Positions 1 through 12,383 are shown, numbered from the stretch's first letter. The stretch: DNA of 64,000 nucleotides from an uncultured Acidimicrobiia bacterium (GCA_963786955.1 CAWBAT010000005.1:832001-896000), one strand, 5' to 3'. A program made the numbers and translations. The notes: generated by a model from the letters alone, not told the origin.

Positions 1-1
1 G

Positions 2-484
2 CCGGATACCGCTACATTGGTTCCGGAATTCCCGGGCGAGATCACGACACAAGGAGGGTTGGATTGTGTCCGTCATTTCGAGCACCTCTATGACACTATC
101 CGTAAATTAGAGGCTTCAGGCACCACCGTCAGCCTCTTTATCGACCCTGTAAAGATCCAGATCGAAGCAGCACAAAAACTGGGAGTCTCCCTCATTGAGA
201 TCAACACAGCCCAATACTCAGAGGCATCCCTCTACATGACCTGCAGAACAGAGCCCGAAATCAACAAGACGCTCGAAGTGGTCCGATCTTCGGCTCAACT
301 GGCCGATTCACTCGGGCTGCAAGTCCATGCCGGACACGGTTTGACCTATCGAAATGTTCAGGGAATTTCCCGGATAGCGGAGATCCGGGAGCTGAATATC
401 GGGCACAATATCATCGCCCGCGCCGCTCTGGTCGGTCTCAGGCAAGCGGTGCGAGAAATGCTGGAATTGTTACAGGACGACTGA
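2..484 (+). CDS. pdxJ: Pyridoxine 5'-phosphate synthase (5'-truncated by window edge)
   Basis: Motifs TLVPE..EITTQGGLD, VSLFIDP, VHAGHGLTYRNV, ELNIGHNIIARA. Confidence 0.95.
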   Translation, partial: PDTATLVPEFPGEITTQGGLDCVRHFEHLYDTIRKLEASGTTVSLFIDPVKIQIEAAQKLGVSLIEINTAQYSEASLYMTCRTEPEINKTLEVVRSSAQLADSLGLQVHAGHGLTYRNVQGISRIAEIRELNIGHNIIARAALVGLRQAVREMLELLQDD

Positions 485-632
485 GGTCAGCTACCGGTGA
501 ATTGACCAATTCACTGCCTCCGAGGAACGCTTCTTGGAGCATGCGATGAAAAGGGGGTGCCCTCGCTGGAGGTTGTAAGTTCCCCTCCTCTTATTGGTCA
601 ACCGAGAAGGGGGATCGGTTACAATTAAGAGA

Positions 633-1286
633 TTAAGACTTCAGGCTGTTAATAAACTGATCAAAACTACCGGACCATTTGGAGACCGTTTTCTCCGGTC
701 CAACCAGTTTAAAAAACCATGGGCCTTCCCCGGTTTCAATGACGGCTGCAAGCATTCGATACCCTGGCCGTGGGGAGGCATTGCCCATCATCGTGTTCGA
801 GTAGGTGCCGCTGACATCGACTAAGGTGATTTTCTTCCCCGCAACTTCCCGGCTACTAGTTTTGGCCTTTTCTTTTGAGGAAGAACCGTCCGGCTGACTA
901 ATCTGGCCGATCCATCGGTCGATGTTCGCTTCCACCGACCCGCCTTGCCCTTGTCCAAAATAAAAGGCGACGAGTTCCGCATCCTCGGAATCTCCTTCAG
1001 CCTTCGGCAGGCTAAATTGTGCCTTTCGCATGTTTGACGTGGGAGTCTGCTCGACCCAGCCGGCGGGGACGACAGCCTTGAATGGACCGATGGACTTCTC
1101 TCCTCCAGCCGCAGAGTGAGAAGAAACGATGGGCGAACTCGGAGCCGATGAGGCTTGTTCATTTTCTGACTGGGTCTCGGGTTCTTTAGAGCACCCCATA
1201 AAAACAAACGTTAATGATAAAAGCCAAAACACCAAAACAACCCACCCCGAAAATCTATAATATCTTCTTGCTGGTTTCGTATTCAT
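633..1286 (-). CDS. Putative lipoprotein of unknown function
   Basis: Hydrophobic signal ending FVFMGC (lipobox-like), low-complexity linker, then MRKAQF...GGSVEANIDRWIGQ...WFFKLVGP domain; start set at MNTKPARR. Confidence 0.7.
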   Translation of the reverse strand: MNTKPARRYYRFSGWVVLVFWLLSLTFVFMGCSKEPETQSENEQASSAPSSPIVSSHSAAGGEKSIGPFKAVVPAGWVEQTPTSNMRKAQFSLPKAEGDSEDAELVAFYFGQGQGGSVEANIDRWIGQISQPDGSSSKEKAKTSSREVAGKKITLVDVSGTYSNTMMGNASPRPGYRMLAAVIETGEGPWFFKLVGPEKTVSKWSGSFDQFINSLKS

Positions 1287-1326
1287 GCCATGACTCCATT
1301 TCTGATTTTCCATGGGTTTTGTCGAT

Positions 1327-2097
1327 TCACATCCCCATGATGCTATACCCACAATCCACATAGATCACTTCACCCGTAATTCCGGAAGACATTTCACTCG
1401 CCAAGAAAAGTCCGGTGTCTCCGATTTCTTTCCCGGCCACATTGCGCTTTAAAGGCGCATGTTCTTCATGGTATTTCAACATGTCCGTAAAGCCTGCAAT
1501 CCCGCGGGCCGCCAGGGTATTCATGGGGCCCGCGCTGAGGGCATTGACGCGAATATTTTGGGGGCCGAGATCATGGGCCAAGTACCGGACAGTGGCCTCT
1601 AACGAGGCCTTGGCGACTCCCATGACATTGTAGTGAGGAACAACTTTTTCAGCTCCGTAATAAGTGAGCGTTAATATGCTGCCTCCTTCATTCATGAGAG
1701 GGAGTGCGGCACGTGAAATTCCCAACAGAGAATAAGCACTAATGTCCTGCGCAATACGAAAGGCCTCTCGAGAAGTATTGATGAAACGACCTTCCAAGGC
1801 CTCCTTTGGAGCAAACGCAACACTATGCAGGACCAAGTGCAGTTGGCCAAAATCGGCCTTCAGGTGATCAAAAACTTTCTGAATTTCTTCGTCACGCGTG
1901 ACGTCACAAGGATAGGTTGGACAATCTGAACCGAAGGTCGCTGCCATTTCCTCCACGTTCGCCTTGAGTCGTTCCCCTTGATAGGTAAATGCCAAACGGG
2001 CACCGGCATGATGCCAAGCCTGGGCAATGCTCCAGGCAATACTGCGTTTGTTGGCAACACCAAAAACTACGCCGAACTTATCTTGTAACATGACCAT
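1327..2097 (-). CDS. fabI: Enoyl-ACP reductase
   Basis: GVANKRSIAWSIA, HSVAFAP, YNVMGVAKASLE, RVNALSAGP. Confidence 0.95.
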   Translation of the reverse strand: MVMLQDKFGVVFGVANKRSIAWSIAQAWHHAGARLAFTYQGERLKANVEEMAATFGSDCPTYPCDVTRDEEIQKVFDHLKADFGQLHLVLHSVAFAPKEALEGRFINTSREAFRIAQDISAYSLLGISRAALPLMNEGGSILTLTYYGAEKVVPHYNVMGVAKASLEATVRYLAHDLGPQNIRVNALSAGPMNTLAARGIAGFTDMLKYHEEHAPLKRNVAGKEIGDTGLFLASEMSSGITGEVIYVDCGYSIMGM

Positions 2098-2240
2098 CTC
2101 CCGAAGAAAACTAGGGTCAAATCTATCAAGACCAGGAACAGGAATCAAGCTTCACGGAGTCCCTCATGGTTCCGTTCACAGGAACTCCAAAAACGGGCAG
2201 TCTCTTGGAAAGGCTGTGACCAGGGCGACGGGCTGACCCC

Positions 2241-3305
2241 TCACTTGAGCAGCGCTTCACGACCTGCATGTGGCTTTGAATCCAGTTGAATGAGCGGCTG
2301 CTTGTGCCGACCGGAGGGATTCGAACTCTGGGGAGCACGCCAATTGTCGATCATGGCCACTTGCTGAACGCAGGAGACCGTGCAAAGGGGCGCGCACGAT
2401 TTCGTCATGAAATATTCACGACGAATGTCCTTCCGTGTATATTCGGCCAGAGGAGTACCCGGATACCCGCGCTGCTGCGAACAGTAGTGCACCAGTCCGT
2501 TTTCACAAATGTAAAGATAACGGGCACCCGCCCGACAGCGCCATTCGTTAGGTCTGCCATACGCGATGTTTTCTTGAAATTGATTGAGCCGAGCAAAGGA
2601 CTTATTACCGATTTGCTTCAGTTTTTCGAATACTCCCCGCTCTCTAGGCCCAAGAGGCTGCAATTGTCCATATCCATCATGAAGAATCCCTAAGGTAGTA
2701 CTGAATCCCAGCGAGTCCGCCCTTTTTGCCACTTGCAACGCGTCTTCCGGATGGGAAATTCCGGCGCCCACCACGGAGTTGATATTGACTCCAAATTCCG
2801 CATGTTCCGCCAACATCTGCAACTTCTTGTCGAGCACTTTCAAACTTTTCTTGGAGACATCATCCGGCTGAATATTATCGATACTGATTTGCAAGTGCTC
2901 TAATCCAGCCCGATTCAGCCGCTCGATTCGCTCGACCGTTAGGAGATAACCATTCGTGATCATCCCGGCGATGATACCTCGGCGTCGCATATGACGGATA
3001 ATTTCGTCAAGGTCCGGATGTAGGAGGGGTTCACCACCACTAATTGTAATGACGGAAGTCCCCAGATTGGCCAGGCAATCGATCCTCTGAAGCATTTCTT
3101 CGGTCGGAACAGGCTTGGAAAAATCATCATATTCGTTGCAATAAGTGCAGGAAAGATTACAGCGCCGGGTAGGAATAATATGCGCCAAGATGACATGCCG
3201 GGTGGAGAGTAGTCCTTTTGCAATCATCATGAGTTCCCGCATACGACGGTGGGTAAACTTTAGACGTCGACGAATTTTTTTCCCCGCTGAGTTCATTTGC
3301 ACCAA
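2241..3305 (-). CDS. Radical SAM protein with C-terminal Cys-rich (Twitch/SPASM-like) domain
   Basis: CNLSCTYC (CxxxCxxC), ISGGEP, ITNG; C-terminal CRAG...C...YC...CAPLCTVSC. Confidence 0.85.
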   Translation of the reverse strand: MVQMNSAGKKIRRRLKFTHRRMRELMMIAKGLLSTRHVILAHIIPTRRCNLSCTYCNEYDDFSKPVPTEEMLQRIDCLANLGTSVITISGGEPLLHPDLDEIIRHMRRRGIIAGMITNGYLLTVERIERLNRAGLEHLQISIDNIQPDDVSKKSLKVLDKKLQMLAEHAEFGVNINSVVGAGISHPEDALQVAKRADSLGFSTTLGILHDGYGQLQPLGPRERGVFEKLKQIGNKSFARLNQFQENIAYGRPNEWRCRAGARYLYICENGLVHYCSQQRGYPGTPLAEYTRKDIRREYFMTKSCAPLCTVSCVQQVAMIDNWRAPQSSNPSGRHKQPLIQLDSKPHAGREALLK

Positions 3306-3565
3306 TGGAAAAGTAACAATTGCAAGAATTTATGGCTACATTCTATTCCCTTCAGATTCCTCCCGGGAACTCAGACACGGGACAATATCTTTCGGGAAAC
3401 AACTGTCCCTTTCGGGCAAATGATCTACCCGAAAAGCAATTTCAAGAGTAACCCTGACTATCAAAGCCGCTAATTATTCTTCCCCCGTTGGCTCCGAAAC
3501 GCAAGGGCGGGACATCTTAAAAGAAAAGCCTTGAAGAATCAATCCCCTTACAGGCAGCGACCTGA

Positions 3566-4507
3566 TTACCGTGCCAAAGGGGTCAAAATCGTCGATGACT
3601 TGCGCCTTTGCGCTGAGGGTCTTTCTGGCCCCAAGGATTCCTCAACAATCTCCAAAAAGGCTCTGCAAGCCCTTGAAACGTAGCGATTTTTTCGATAAAT
3701 GAGACCCAGTTTCCGCACGAGCTTAACATTCTTGATGGCCACCAGTCTGAGAGTCCCCTGTTCCATTTCAGACCTGACGTAACTCATGGGGACGATTGAG
3801 ATTCCCATGCCGATGGAAACAAACTTCTTGATTGTTTCAATGCTGGCCAGTTCCATTGAAATATTCAGCTTGTCCCATTGATGACCAAAAATCTTCTTCA
3901 ATCGTTCTCGAGTGGTCCCCACTTTATGAAAAATAAATGGGATAAGGAATGACTTCCTCCAACCGCACCGAATTCTTGACGGATAACGGGTGCTCCGGAC
4001 TTGTGATTAACCCCATTTGGTCCTCCGCGATTGGAATTATTTGTAATCGCGGTGGTTCACCGGCAGGGTCACAATTCCAAAATCCAACTGGTTGTCGAGT
4101 ACTTTTTCCAATACCTTTTTGGAGAAATTCCGGTAAATGCTGATTTGCACTTCCGGATATTTGCTTGTATACAAAGCGAAAATTTGCGGTAAGACATAGA
4201 TGCAAGTGGATTCATTGGCACCAATATGCACCCTCCCCCGAGGAGATGCATTCAGCTCCGTAATGGCCAGTTTGGCTTCATCATGTAATTGAAGCAATCG
4301 ATCCGCATAGCCAAACAAGAGCTCGCCCGCTTGGGTGAGGGAGATTTTTTTCCCGATTCGGTCGAACAATTTTTGCCCGAGCTCCTCTTCTAGCAGTCGA
4401 ACTTGCGTACTGATGGCGGGCTGCGTTCGAAACAGTCTTTCTGCGGCGATCGTAAAACTCCGGCAAACTGCCACTTCATAAAAATTGCGAATTTGATCCA
4501 GATTCAT
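3566..4507 (-). CDS. LysR-family transcriptional regulator (frameshifted over three ORFs)
   Basis: N-terminal SFTIAAERLFRTQPAISTQVRLLEEELGQKLFDR HTH; substrate domain continues in other frames (ETIKKFVSIGMGISIVP). Confidence 0.88.
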
Positions 4508-4532
4508 GGTTTGACCGTGCGGATCGCCTCGT

Positions 4533-4545
4533 TTATCCTAGATAA
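4533..4545. promoter_or_regulatory. Candidate LysR T-N11-A autoregulatory box
   Basis: TTATC-CTA-GATAA perfect inverted arms about 25 bp upstream of the lysR start; a second TATCA-T-TGATA lies at 4565-4575. Confidence 0.35.
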
Positions 4546-4670
4546 GAATATCTAATGAACATTATATCATTGATAAACATGAGCGCGGTCGCTAAACCGA
4601 AATCTCCCAAGAAGGTGAGGGCTCCGTGGCTTCATTGAATCCTGCAAGGAGTGCAAAATTGTTTAATGGA

Positions 4671-5079
4671 TTATTTTTTAAACAGGGCATCAAACGCGTC
4701 TCGAGCACTGGTGACCTTATTGGCGGACGTGGTATCCCGTTCGATAGCTTTTTTGGGATTGAAGTTTGAACAGGAGTTGCGAACACTCTTCTTGGGAATG
4801 CGTTCGGGGATGGGCTGAGTACATTCATAGCGAGCACCCGTATCAAACCAGGCACATTGTTTGCAACTGTGCAGATCGGTTTTGCACTTTGGGCACTGGC
4901 TGTCCAGGTCAATTGGGGCGTCAGGGATGCGCCACACATCGAGCAGCGATAGGCCTCATGGAAACCCGGCATTTCGCGCGGACGGAATTCTTTCGGCTCA
5001 CTGTTGGACGCTCTTTTCTGGCCGGCTTATCCTCTCTGTCGCTGTCCATGTAGCCGTGCTGACGGTATTTTCGATCCAT
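4671..5079 (-). CDS. Small Cys-rich (zinc-finger-like) hypothetical protein, frameshifted
   Basis: Starts MDRKYRQHGY; CSMC, CPKC, CKQC, C...C; ends ARDAFDALFKK. Confidence 0.65.
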
Positions 5080-5317
5080 GGTTTTCCCTCAAAGTCGAAG
5101 AATAATTTGTCTGCTTGGCAATCCATCGACCACTGACCGGCTGGGCGGAGAATGATCACTTGCGGACGAAATCAAACAGAATCATGGCATAATTTCTCCA
5201 TTGATCCGAATAGGACAGTACCATTAAGCTGTCTCAGTTTCTATTTAAACTCTACATGAAGTCAGTTTGTTTTTCCATGCGAATACAGCAATTTCCTTAC
5301 CGGGGGGCTGGCTGGAC

Positions 5318-6959
5318 ATGAGCCTCAAAGATCAACGGTTAAAAAGGGGGTTAAATTCCTTTATCACCGCAAGAATCTTACTCGTGCTTTGGGCCATTGG
5401 GATCAGCGGGCAGCGGTTTTACTCGGAAGACATTAATACACCGGGTGAGTTTCAAACGAAGGTCCTTACCTTGATTCAGCAGCCCAAATGGGATTCTGCT
5501 TTTTGGGGCATCGAAATCGTCTCGCTGGATGACGGGACAACTCTGTACTCGTTAAACGCACAGAAGCGATTTTTGCCGGCCTCCAATATGAAGATCTTGA
5601 CCTGTGCCGCAATACTTGGATGGGATGGACCCCCAGGAGAGGATAACGACTCCCGTTTATGCAACGGGACGGATCGACAAATGGGGGACGGGTTCTAGGA
5701 AACATTGTCCTGGTTGGCCGGGGTGACCCAAACCTTGAAAGACGAGGATACAAAACGGAGCATGAGACCATTCGAAAATAGAGCTTATCCTTCTTCCATC
5801 ACCCAGATCGCTGACGAACTGCAGTCAAAAGGAATCAAGACAATTGAAGGGGACATTGTCATTGACGACACCTATTTTCTTCATCAACCCTTTGGGCTCG
5901 CCTGGACAATCGAGGACACGGCCTGGAGTTATGGAGCCCCCGTTAGTGCTCTAGTTATCAATGAGAATATGATTGCCGTAAGAATACTTCCCGGTGAACA
6001 TTACCAACGATTTGGCCCTGTTCCAGACGTCCCCTGCGGAAACGTCTTCGAAAATGGTTATGAACCGTGTAAAAACTACTGCCCATCAGCAGAATACAAA
6101 GGTGAGCTTGACCCATGAGCAGGAGTCTGGCCTGCCTCTCTTCACGGGGTCTATTTCCCAAAGTCAATCCGAATTGAATTATCAGGTGGCTGTGCCCGAC
6201 CCAACCACATTCGCCGGCTCTCTCCTGAAAGCAGCGCTGACGCAAAGAGGCGTGCTCGTCAAGGGAGATGTTAAATCCAAAATCCTCGAGCCGACAGAGG
6301 TCCTTCAAGGGCAGGAGATTCCACTCAGGGATATCCGTCCAGACCAACCAGCCTACGCCGAGGAAGCCAGAGTGGCAGCAATTCTTGGCGTCCCCATCTT
6401 TGATTCACTGAAGATTATGATGAAGGAAAGTCAGAACTTGTATGCCGAATGTCTACTGAGGTTACTTGGAGCGCGAACTTCAGAGCTCGGTTCAATGGAA
6501 GCGGGTCTGGCAGCTTTGGGAAAGTTTATGACGAAAACAGGCACTCCCGAGGACAGCCTGAAAATAAGAGATGCTTCCGGGATGTCGAGGAAAAATCTCG
6601 TCACTCCCGAATCCATCGTCCGGGTATCTGGTTTACATGGGTCATCATCCTCCAGCGCGAAAAATTTCTCGATACATTTCCGGTCGGGGGAAGGGATGGC
6701 ACTTTGAAAACGCGATTTCAAGGGACCCCGGCAGCCGGGCGTATTCTAGCCAAGACAGGGTCGATAGAATCCGTCTCCACGCTTTCCGGATATGCCGAGA
6801 CGATCCAGGGAGGCTCATCTTGCCTTTTCACTGATGGTGAACAACGAGGAGGGGAGCCAACAGGAGGTTCGGGAAGTCTTGGATCAACTCTGTCTCTGGA
6901 TCATCGAATTAGTTCCGAAAACAAGAAATGTTCCCCGCCTTCCCCGTCAGCCCCAATAG
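5318..6959 (+). CDS. dacB: D-alanyl-D-alanine carboxypeptidase/endopeptidase (peptidase S13, PBP4), multiply frameshifted
   Basis: PASNMK (SxxK), SQNLYAE (SxN), AKTGSI (KTG), DASGMSRKN found across consecutive frames. Confidence 0.9.
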
Positions 6960-7081
6960 AAGGAAATAATAATGATACCGAGCATGCCCCCTAGGGCGAT
7001 CAAGATAATCAATCCTTCCATTATCTTTTCCTTCAAGGTCTTCTTTCCCAATGCATTGGAATTCCCGAGTTGGTCAAACAT
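6947..7081 (-). CDS. 44-aa single-pass membrane protein (not in ORF track)
   Basis: MFDQLGNSNALGKKTLKEKIMEGLIILIALGGMLGIIIISFYWG*; GGAGG upstream of ATG. Confidence 0.6.
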   Translation of the reverse strand: MFDQLGNSNALGKKTLKEKIMEGLIILIALGGMLGIIIISFYWG

Positions 7082-7342
7082 ATCGCCCCTCCCAGTTTGG
7101 AATTACTTAGAGATATTGGTTCGATAGTTGATTCCATCGATCTGTCGGAGAACTTATGGCTGAGCCCGTGAGAACTGCATTCTATTCCAATCGGCCCCAT
7201 TCAGCCAAGAGATCTTTAGAATTCTGGAAATATGTGGGAATGAAGAAAAGGGGACCATAAGGGAGTGATGTGCCGAGGCTTTTATCAAAAGCGCAAGAAT
7301 TAGGACTTCTCTACAAGTGAAGGGGTCAAAGAATCTGTAATC

Positions 7343-8049
7343 CTAAGTCAATTTTCTTCTGTTCGAGGCATGTGACTGAATCACCATCTGTCTTACTGTC
7401 TGGGTTGTCTTCGTCGACTGGACCGTACGAATGAAATAGGAAAGACTCTCAAAAGAAATAGCTAGGTCCATGTTCTTCAGTTTCAGGCGCCCGGCTGTAT
7501 TCAGTCGGAGCGGAGCGAAATTGAGAATCGCTGACAATGCCTGCATCGCTCAGCAAATCGGCGACAGACTGGGCTTCTTCGGCAGGAACACAGATCACCC
7601 CAATGCTGAATTTGTTCTTTCAGAACAATTGGTTTAAATCCTTAATGTGATAAACAAACACTCCGCTTCGGGAATTCTCCCCAACTCGCAAAAGATCTTT
7701 ATCAAAAAGGGCTGTAACCTGAAAGTGTTTGGGATTAAACCCGCGGTAGTTCGCGACCGCCATCCCCAAGTTGCCAGCCCCGACGATGCCGATACGGTGC
7801 AATTGATCCAATCCCAATATCCTGGAAAGTTCTCGCCTCAAACCATCAACATGATACCCTACGCCTCGGACTCCGAATTCTCCAAAATAGGTCAGGTCTT
7901 TTCGAATTTGCGCGGAATTCAATTGGAATTCCTTGGCCAATGGATTGCGAGGAAGTAGTCTTGACGCCCGTCAGAGCCAGCAGATTAAGACAGCGCAGGT
8001 AAATAGAGAGGCGATTGATGGTGAACTCAGAGATCCGTTCAGTCTTCAT
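7343..8049 (-). CDS. rex: Redox-sensing repressor Rex (frameshifted)
   Basis: RLSIYLRCL, SAQIRKDLTYFGEFGVRGVGY, GAGNLG, AILNFAP. Confidence 0.93.
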
Positions 8050-8388
8050 AGTCGTTTCTCATGATTTCAGAACTGATCTAATAAGAGATCTCCTATAGAA
8101 CAGATAACGGTGGAAGTATATCACAGCCAATCTGGGTTGAACTTCAGTCCGGAATCAGTCTATGAACAGACTTGCGCCTTCTTGAGTCTTTGAATCCGGA
8201 ATCAATTCCGGGGGGGACGCAGAAAATGGCTGAAAACCGTTCATCTATGAATTGGTTTCACTATGCGCGAGAAAGCATTGAAATTGTTAAGACCTGCTCG
8301 AATTGTGAGAATTCACACACCTGGCGAACGAGTTCATGAAACCGCTTTTCAAGATAATGGAGTAGGTAAATCCTGCTGAGGATCAATC

Positions 8389-8878
8389 ATGCGCCCTAAC
8401 CGACACCGGATAGGAGTCATTTCAGATACCCATAGTTGGTATGACCCGGAAGTTGAGGCCCATTTCAAAGGGGTAGACCATATTCTGCATGCTGGAGATG
8501 TCGGGGACATGAGGGTATTGTCCCAGTTAAGGGAAATCGCACCAGTGACAGCCGTCAGCGGGAATATAGATGAGGGGATGCACACCACACCCCTCAATTC
8601 AGAAGAAAAAGTTCGTCTATATGGGATTCGGATTTTTATGATTCACATTCTTGGCAGCCCGCAGCGCCTGGCTTATGATCTCGAACTGAAGGTAAAACAG
8701 CTTACTCCAGATGTGATCATCTTCGGTCATACACATCAGTCCTATCTTGGAAACCGGGAAGGGGTAATTTATTTCAATCCGGGAAGCGCGGGGCCAAAGC
8801 GCTTTTCGTTGCCTCGATCCATCGGCTTGTTAGATGTGACATAAGGGTAAGGTTGAGGCAACAATAATCAAGATTTGA
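8389..8878 (+). CDS. YfcE-family metallophosphoesterase
   Basis: ISDTH, HAGD, GNID, FGHTH, NPGS; 3' end extended across a probable indel. Confidence 0.88.
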
Positions 8879-8992
8879 GACTGTCTGAAACAGGAAAACT
8901 CCTCGTGCAAACTTTAGCGGGGGAGTGAACAGGAGAGTTTTCTTTGTGCCCGGATCGAAGGACCCCGTTCCCCAAAAATTCCTTGAACGGCA

Positions 8993-10091
8993 CTAATCCT
9001 GGGGCCCCGCTTGCCATTTCAAAAGCGCCATCTCCGCTACAAACCCAGGTCCAAACGCTGCCATCAGCCCCAGGTCTCCAACTTCTGGGTCGCTATGCTG
9101 TTGGATCTCTTGCAGGACGGCTAGAACGGTCACACTACTCATGTTCCCTTTATGAAAGAGAACGTTCAAAGTGGGCTCGATTTTTTCCGGAGGACAGGCC
9201 GAGTTGTTTTCCAATAATTTCAACAATTCGAATACTGCCGGGATGGAGGACAAAATGCTTCAAGGCACCCACCTCTACATGACAGTCGTCCAGAAAACAG
9301 GTTAGAGTGGGTTCGATATTCTTTTTGATAAATGGGGGAATTTCCGGAGAGAGGATGATTTTCAACCCTTCGTTGCGGAGTTCGAATCCCATATAGTGAA
9401 GGGTATCCGGGAAGAAACGGGTGGCGCATCTCTGGATTGCCGGCAGAGGTTCCGGTGAATTGAGTTTTGCGGAAACAACCGTAGCCGCAACCCCATCACC
9501 AAAAAGCGTGGATGAGATGATATTGGTCATACTCAGGTCATCCAGCAAAAATGTTTGGGAACAGAACTCGTGCGCCAGGAGAACAACAGTCCTTTCGGGA
9601 TATGCACTACAGTACTCCCAAGCCCGCATTAATCCAACCGTTCCTCCGGCGCACCCATGCTCGGTAAGAATGGTCCGAGCCGAACTGATTCCAAGCCGGT
9701 TCATAATGTGGGCATCTACCCCAGGAATTGTAAAACCCGTACAAGACACGCTGATAAACATATCCACATCCGACGCATGAATATGGTTGAGTTCCAGCGC
9801 CTCTTGAACCGCCTGGGTCCCCAGTTCAATGGAGGCTTTGACATATTGTGAATTCGTGGTGTGAAAATCCCGAGGTTCGAGGACTTCATCGGGGGGAAGC
9901 AAAATGTAGCGGGATTGGATCTGAGTTTTGTCAAGGATGGAACTGAGTTTATTAATGAGCTGTTCATCCGTTCCCTTGCTTTCCAACCAGCGCCGAAGAT
10001 AGGTTCGGCTAACATCCGTTGTCACTTTATACGGGGGATGGACTACCGAGACTTTCCCTGTTCTTATTCGATTCTGCAATAACACCTCCAA
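8993..10091 (-). CDS. Type III polyketide synthase (chalcone synthase-like), one frameshift
   Basis: Triad motifs GCAGG (Cys), HPGS (His), GNMSS (Asn); LFGDG; AFGPGF. Confidence 0.9.
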
Positions 10092-10295
10092 CCTGTTATT
10101 ACTACTTGGAATTCCCTTCTTGTCGCGCGTTACCGAACATTGGATGGAAAGTCAAACAGAATGCAAAGGTAGGCGTAACAGCGATTTGCCAGGGTACTAT
10201 ACCCTGATTAGGGCTGATTGACAAAGCCAAACTTAAGGGCGGGGGGAGAAGGGAAGGCAATTTCTTTTAGTAGTCGGTAATCCCATCTCAGACGG

Positions 10296-11236
10296 CTACC
10301 GAGACGAATTAAAATAACCATCCCGTGCCCTAACGATATAGGTCGGAGTCGCTGACCCGAACCTCAATCTTCCGATAATCCCGTTTGAAATTGGATTGTG
10401 GATAATAACCGAGAACATATTGGGTCCGCAGTTCTCGGCTAATCATTTCAAACGACTCCTTAAGTGGTCTGAGTAGAGAGATGCGGAAATAGCGCCCACC
10501 CGTTCGATCGGACAAATAAATCAGGGCATGCTCTCCCCCTAGATTTCGTCCCGGTTCACTTTTGATCGGTTGGACAATCAAGCTATAGATCACCGATTCA
10601 GAGTTCAGTGCCTTACGAAGGCAGTCCTGGAAATTAGTGTGGCTGGTCGTGTCGGTTCCATCTGAGATGACCAGGATCACGCGACGTCCTTTACTCTCTT
10701 TTAGAATTTCCGCCGCAAGATATATCGCGTCATAAAGCGAAGTTCCCTCCACCGGGCTTTACAGAGCGGATCGCTTCAATGATCCGATCGATTTGATTTG
10801 CCTTATGCACAACTTCGTTAACTTCTTCGGAAATACGGAGGACGGAGACTCGATCCATGGGGCGAAGGATTGACTTGACAAATTCAATGGCGCTTTCCTG
10901 TTGTGTCTTCAGCTCAGGTGCAATACTGAAAGAGCTGTCAAACAAGAGAAAGAGTTGCAAAGGCTGGTCTGAGCTGTCTCCTGAAAAATGAAATTGTTTG
11001 ATTCTGCTCATCATCGAAAATTTGAAAGTCCTTTTCAGTCAAGTCGGAACCCAACTTCCGTCTGCCTTTGTTACCGTGACCGTGACCGTGACAAGATTCA
11101 CGTTGACCGTCAACTTATATTCTTTATTCCTAGAATCTGTCTGAGCTAGTCCCCTCTCTGCGGCACGATCAGAAGGGAAAGGACAAGAAAGGGAGCCAAA
11201 AAGTGGAGTCGTATTTGATTTGACATCAAATCTCAT
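10296..11236 (-). CDS. VWA-domain protein (acidobacterial type), frameshifted
   Basis: VNVNLVTVTVTV, DSSFS MIDAS, TSLYDAI, ISDGTDT, TGGR, ELRTQYVLGYYP. Confidence 0.85.
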
Positions 11237-11284
11237 TAGAACCGCAAGGATTGGAATTCCTCAAGAAGGCTACTCGACCAGGTA

Positions 11285-12078
11285 TTAAAGGATCGAGGGA
11301 CAAGAATGCGGTTGTGTCTCTTTCTTGAGAAATCCGGAATTCAGATGGAAGATGTCATCCGGGGGAAAGAGCGGTTTCGAATACTCACCTTCGACCCAAA
11401 CCTCACCGTCTTCGAAGAATTCCTTTTTCCAAATTGGAACAATCTTTTTGAGGGTATCGATGGCGTGTTGACAGGCCTCAAACGCAATTTTCCGGTGAGC
11501 TGAAGTGATCGCAATGACGACACTAGCTTCTCCAATCTCAAGCCGACCCAGTCGATGCACAATACCAATATGATGCACTGACCATTTTTTTCGAATTTCA
11601 GCTCCAATTTCTTTCATCTTTCTTAATGCCATCGGCTCGTAACCATCATACTCTAAGATAAAGCGTCTTCCGCCCTGAGGTATTATTCCGAACAATTCCA
11701 TCAAATATCACGATCGCACCGTCTTCCGGGCGCTGCAGTTGCTCGGTTAGCGCTTCAATCCTGATGGGGTTCCTGACTATCTGGAAGATGTCTCCATTCT
11801 CTGTCTCCGGGTAGGTCTCCGGAGGCTCGTTTTCACCGCCACTGACAGGAGGAAAAATTGCAATTTCATCCCCCGCTCGAACCCGGGACTGCAAATTGGC
11901 AAATTCTTGGTTCACCGCAAAAAGTCAAGACTACTTTCAAACTCTTTACAGCCGGAAACTCATCGCAAACTTGAGTCCAGACATCAGCGACTGTTTGAAT
12001 CTCCTGACCGTGGATGACTAGGCTTGGCTCGCCTACGATTTCCCGTAGTCTTGCAAATAGAAAAACTTCGAAGTCCAT
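11285..12078 (-). CDS. moaE: Fused molybdopterin synthase MoaD-MoaE, frameshifted
   Basis: LFARLRE, AIFPPVSGG (MoaD) read through into GAIVIFDGIVRN, HRLGRL, VPIWKKE (MoaE). Confidence 0.88.
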
Positions 12079-12383
12079 GCCAATTCCATTGGAAAGGATC
12101 TGCATCGGATCGTCAAGTTCAAAAAAGGACCCACTTCGAGATCCGCAATCTGCGTCAACATGAGGCGGCTGGTTGCGGAAAAATTCAGTTTCCTTTTGGA
12201 GATTCGGCACCCGGAAGAGGTAATCTATCCCCGAGACCGTTCACTTTAGCCCAAGCAGGGGTGAAGAATATCAAATCTTTACTAGGGATGTTATTCTGTT
12301 TGATCATCGCTGTGAAGCGTTTAGTCCCGCCAGCCGGTTTGAAAGCGGAAAGGAAAACTAAGCGGAAAAATGGAGGTGTTTAA

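Noticed and set aside
12100-12300. Moco riboswitch upstream of moaD-moaE
   Set aside because: Only a vague CTCC..AAAGGA resemblance; the conserved core could not be built.
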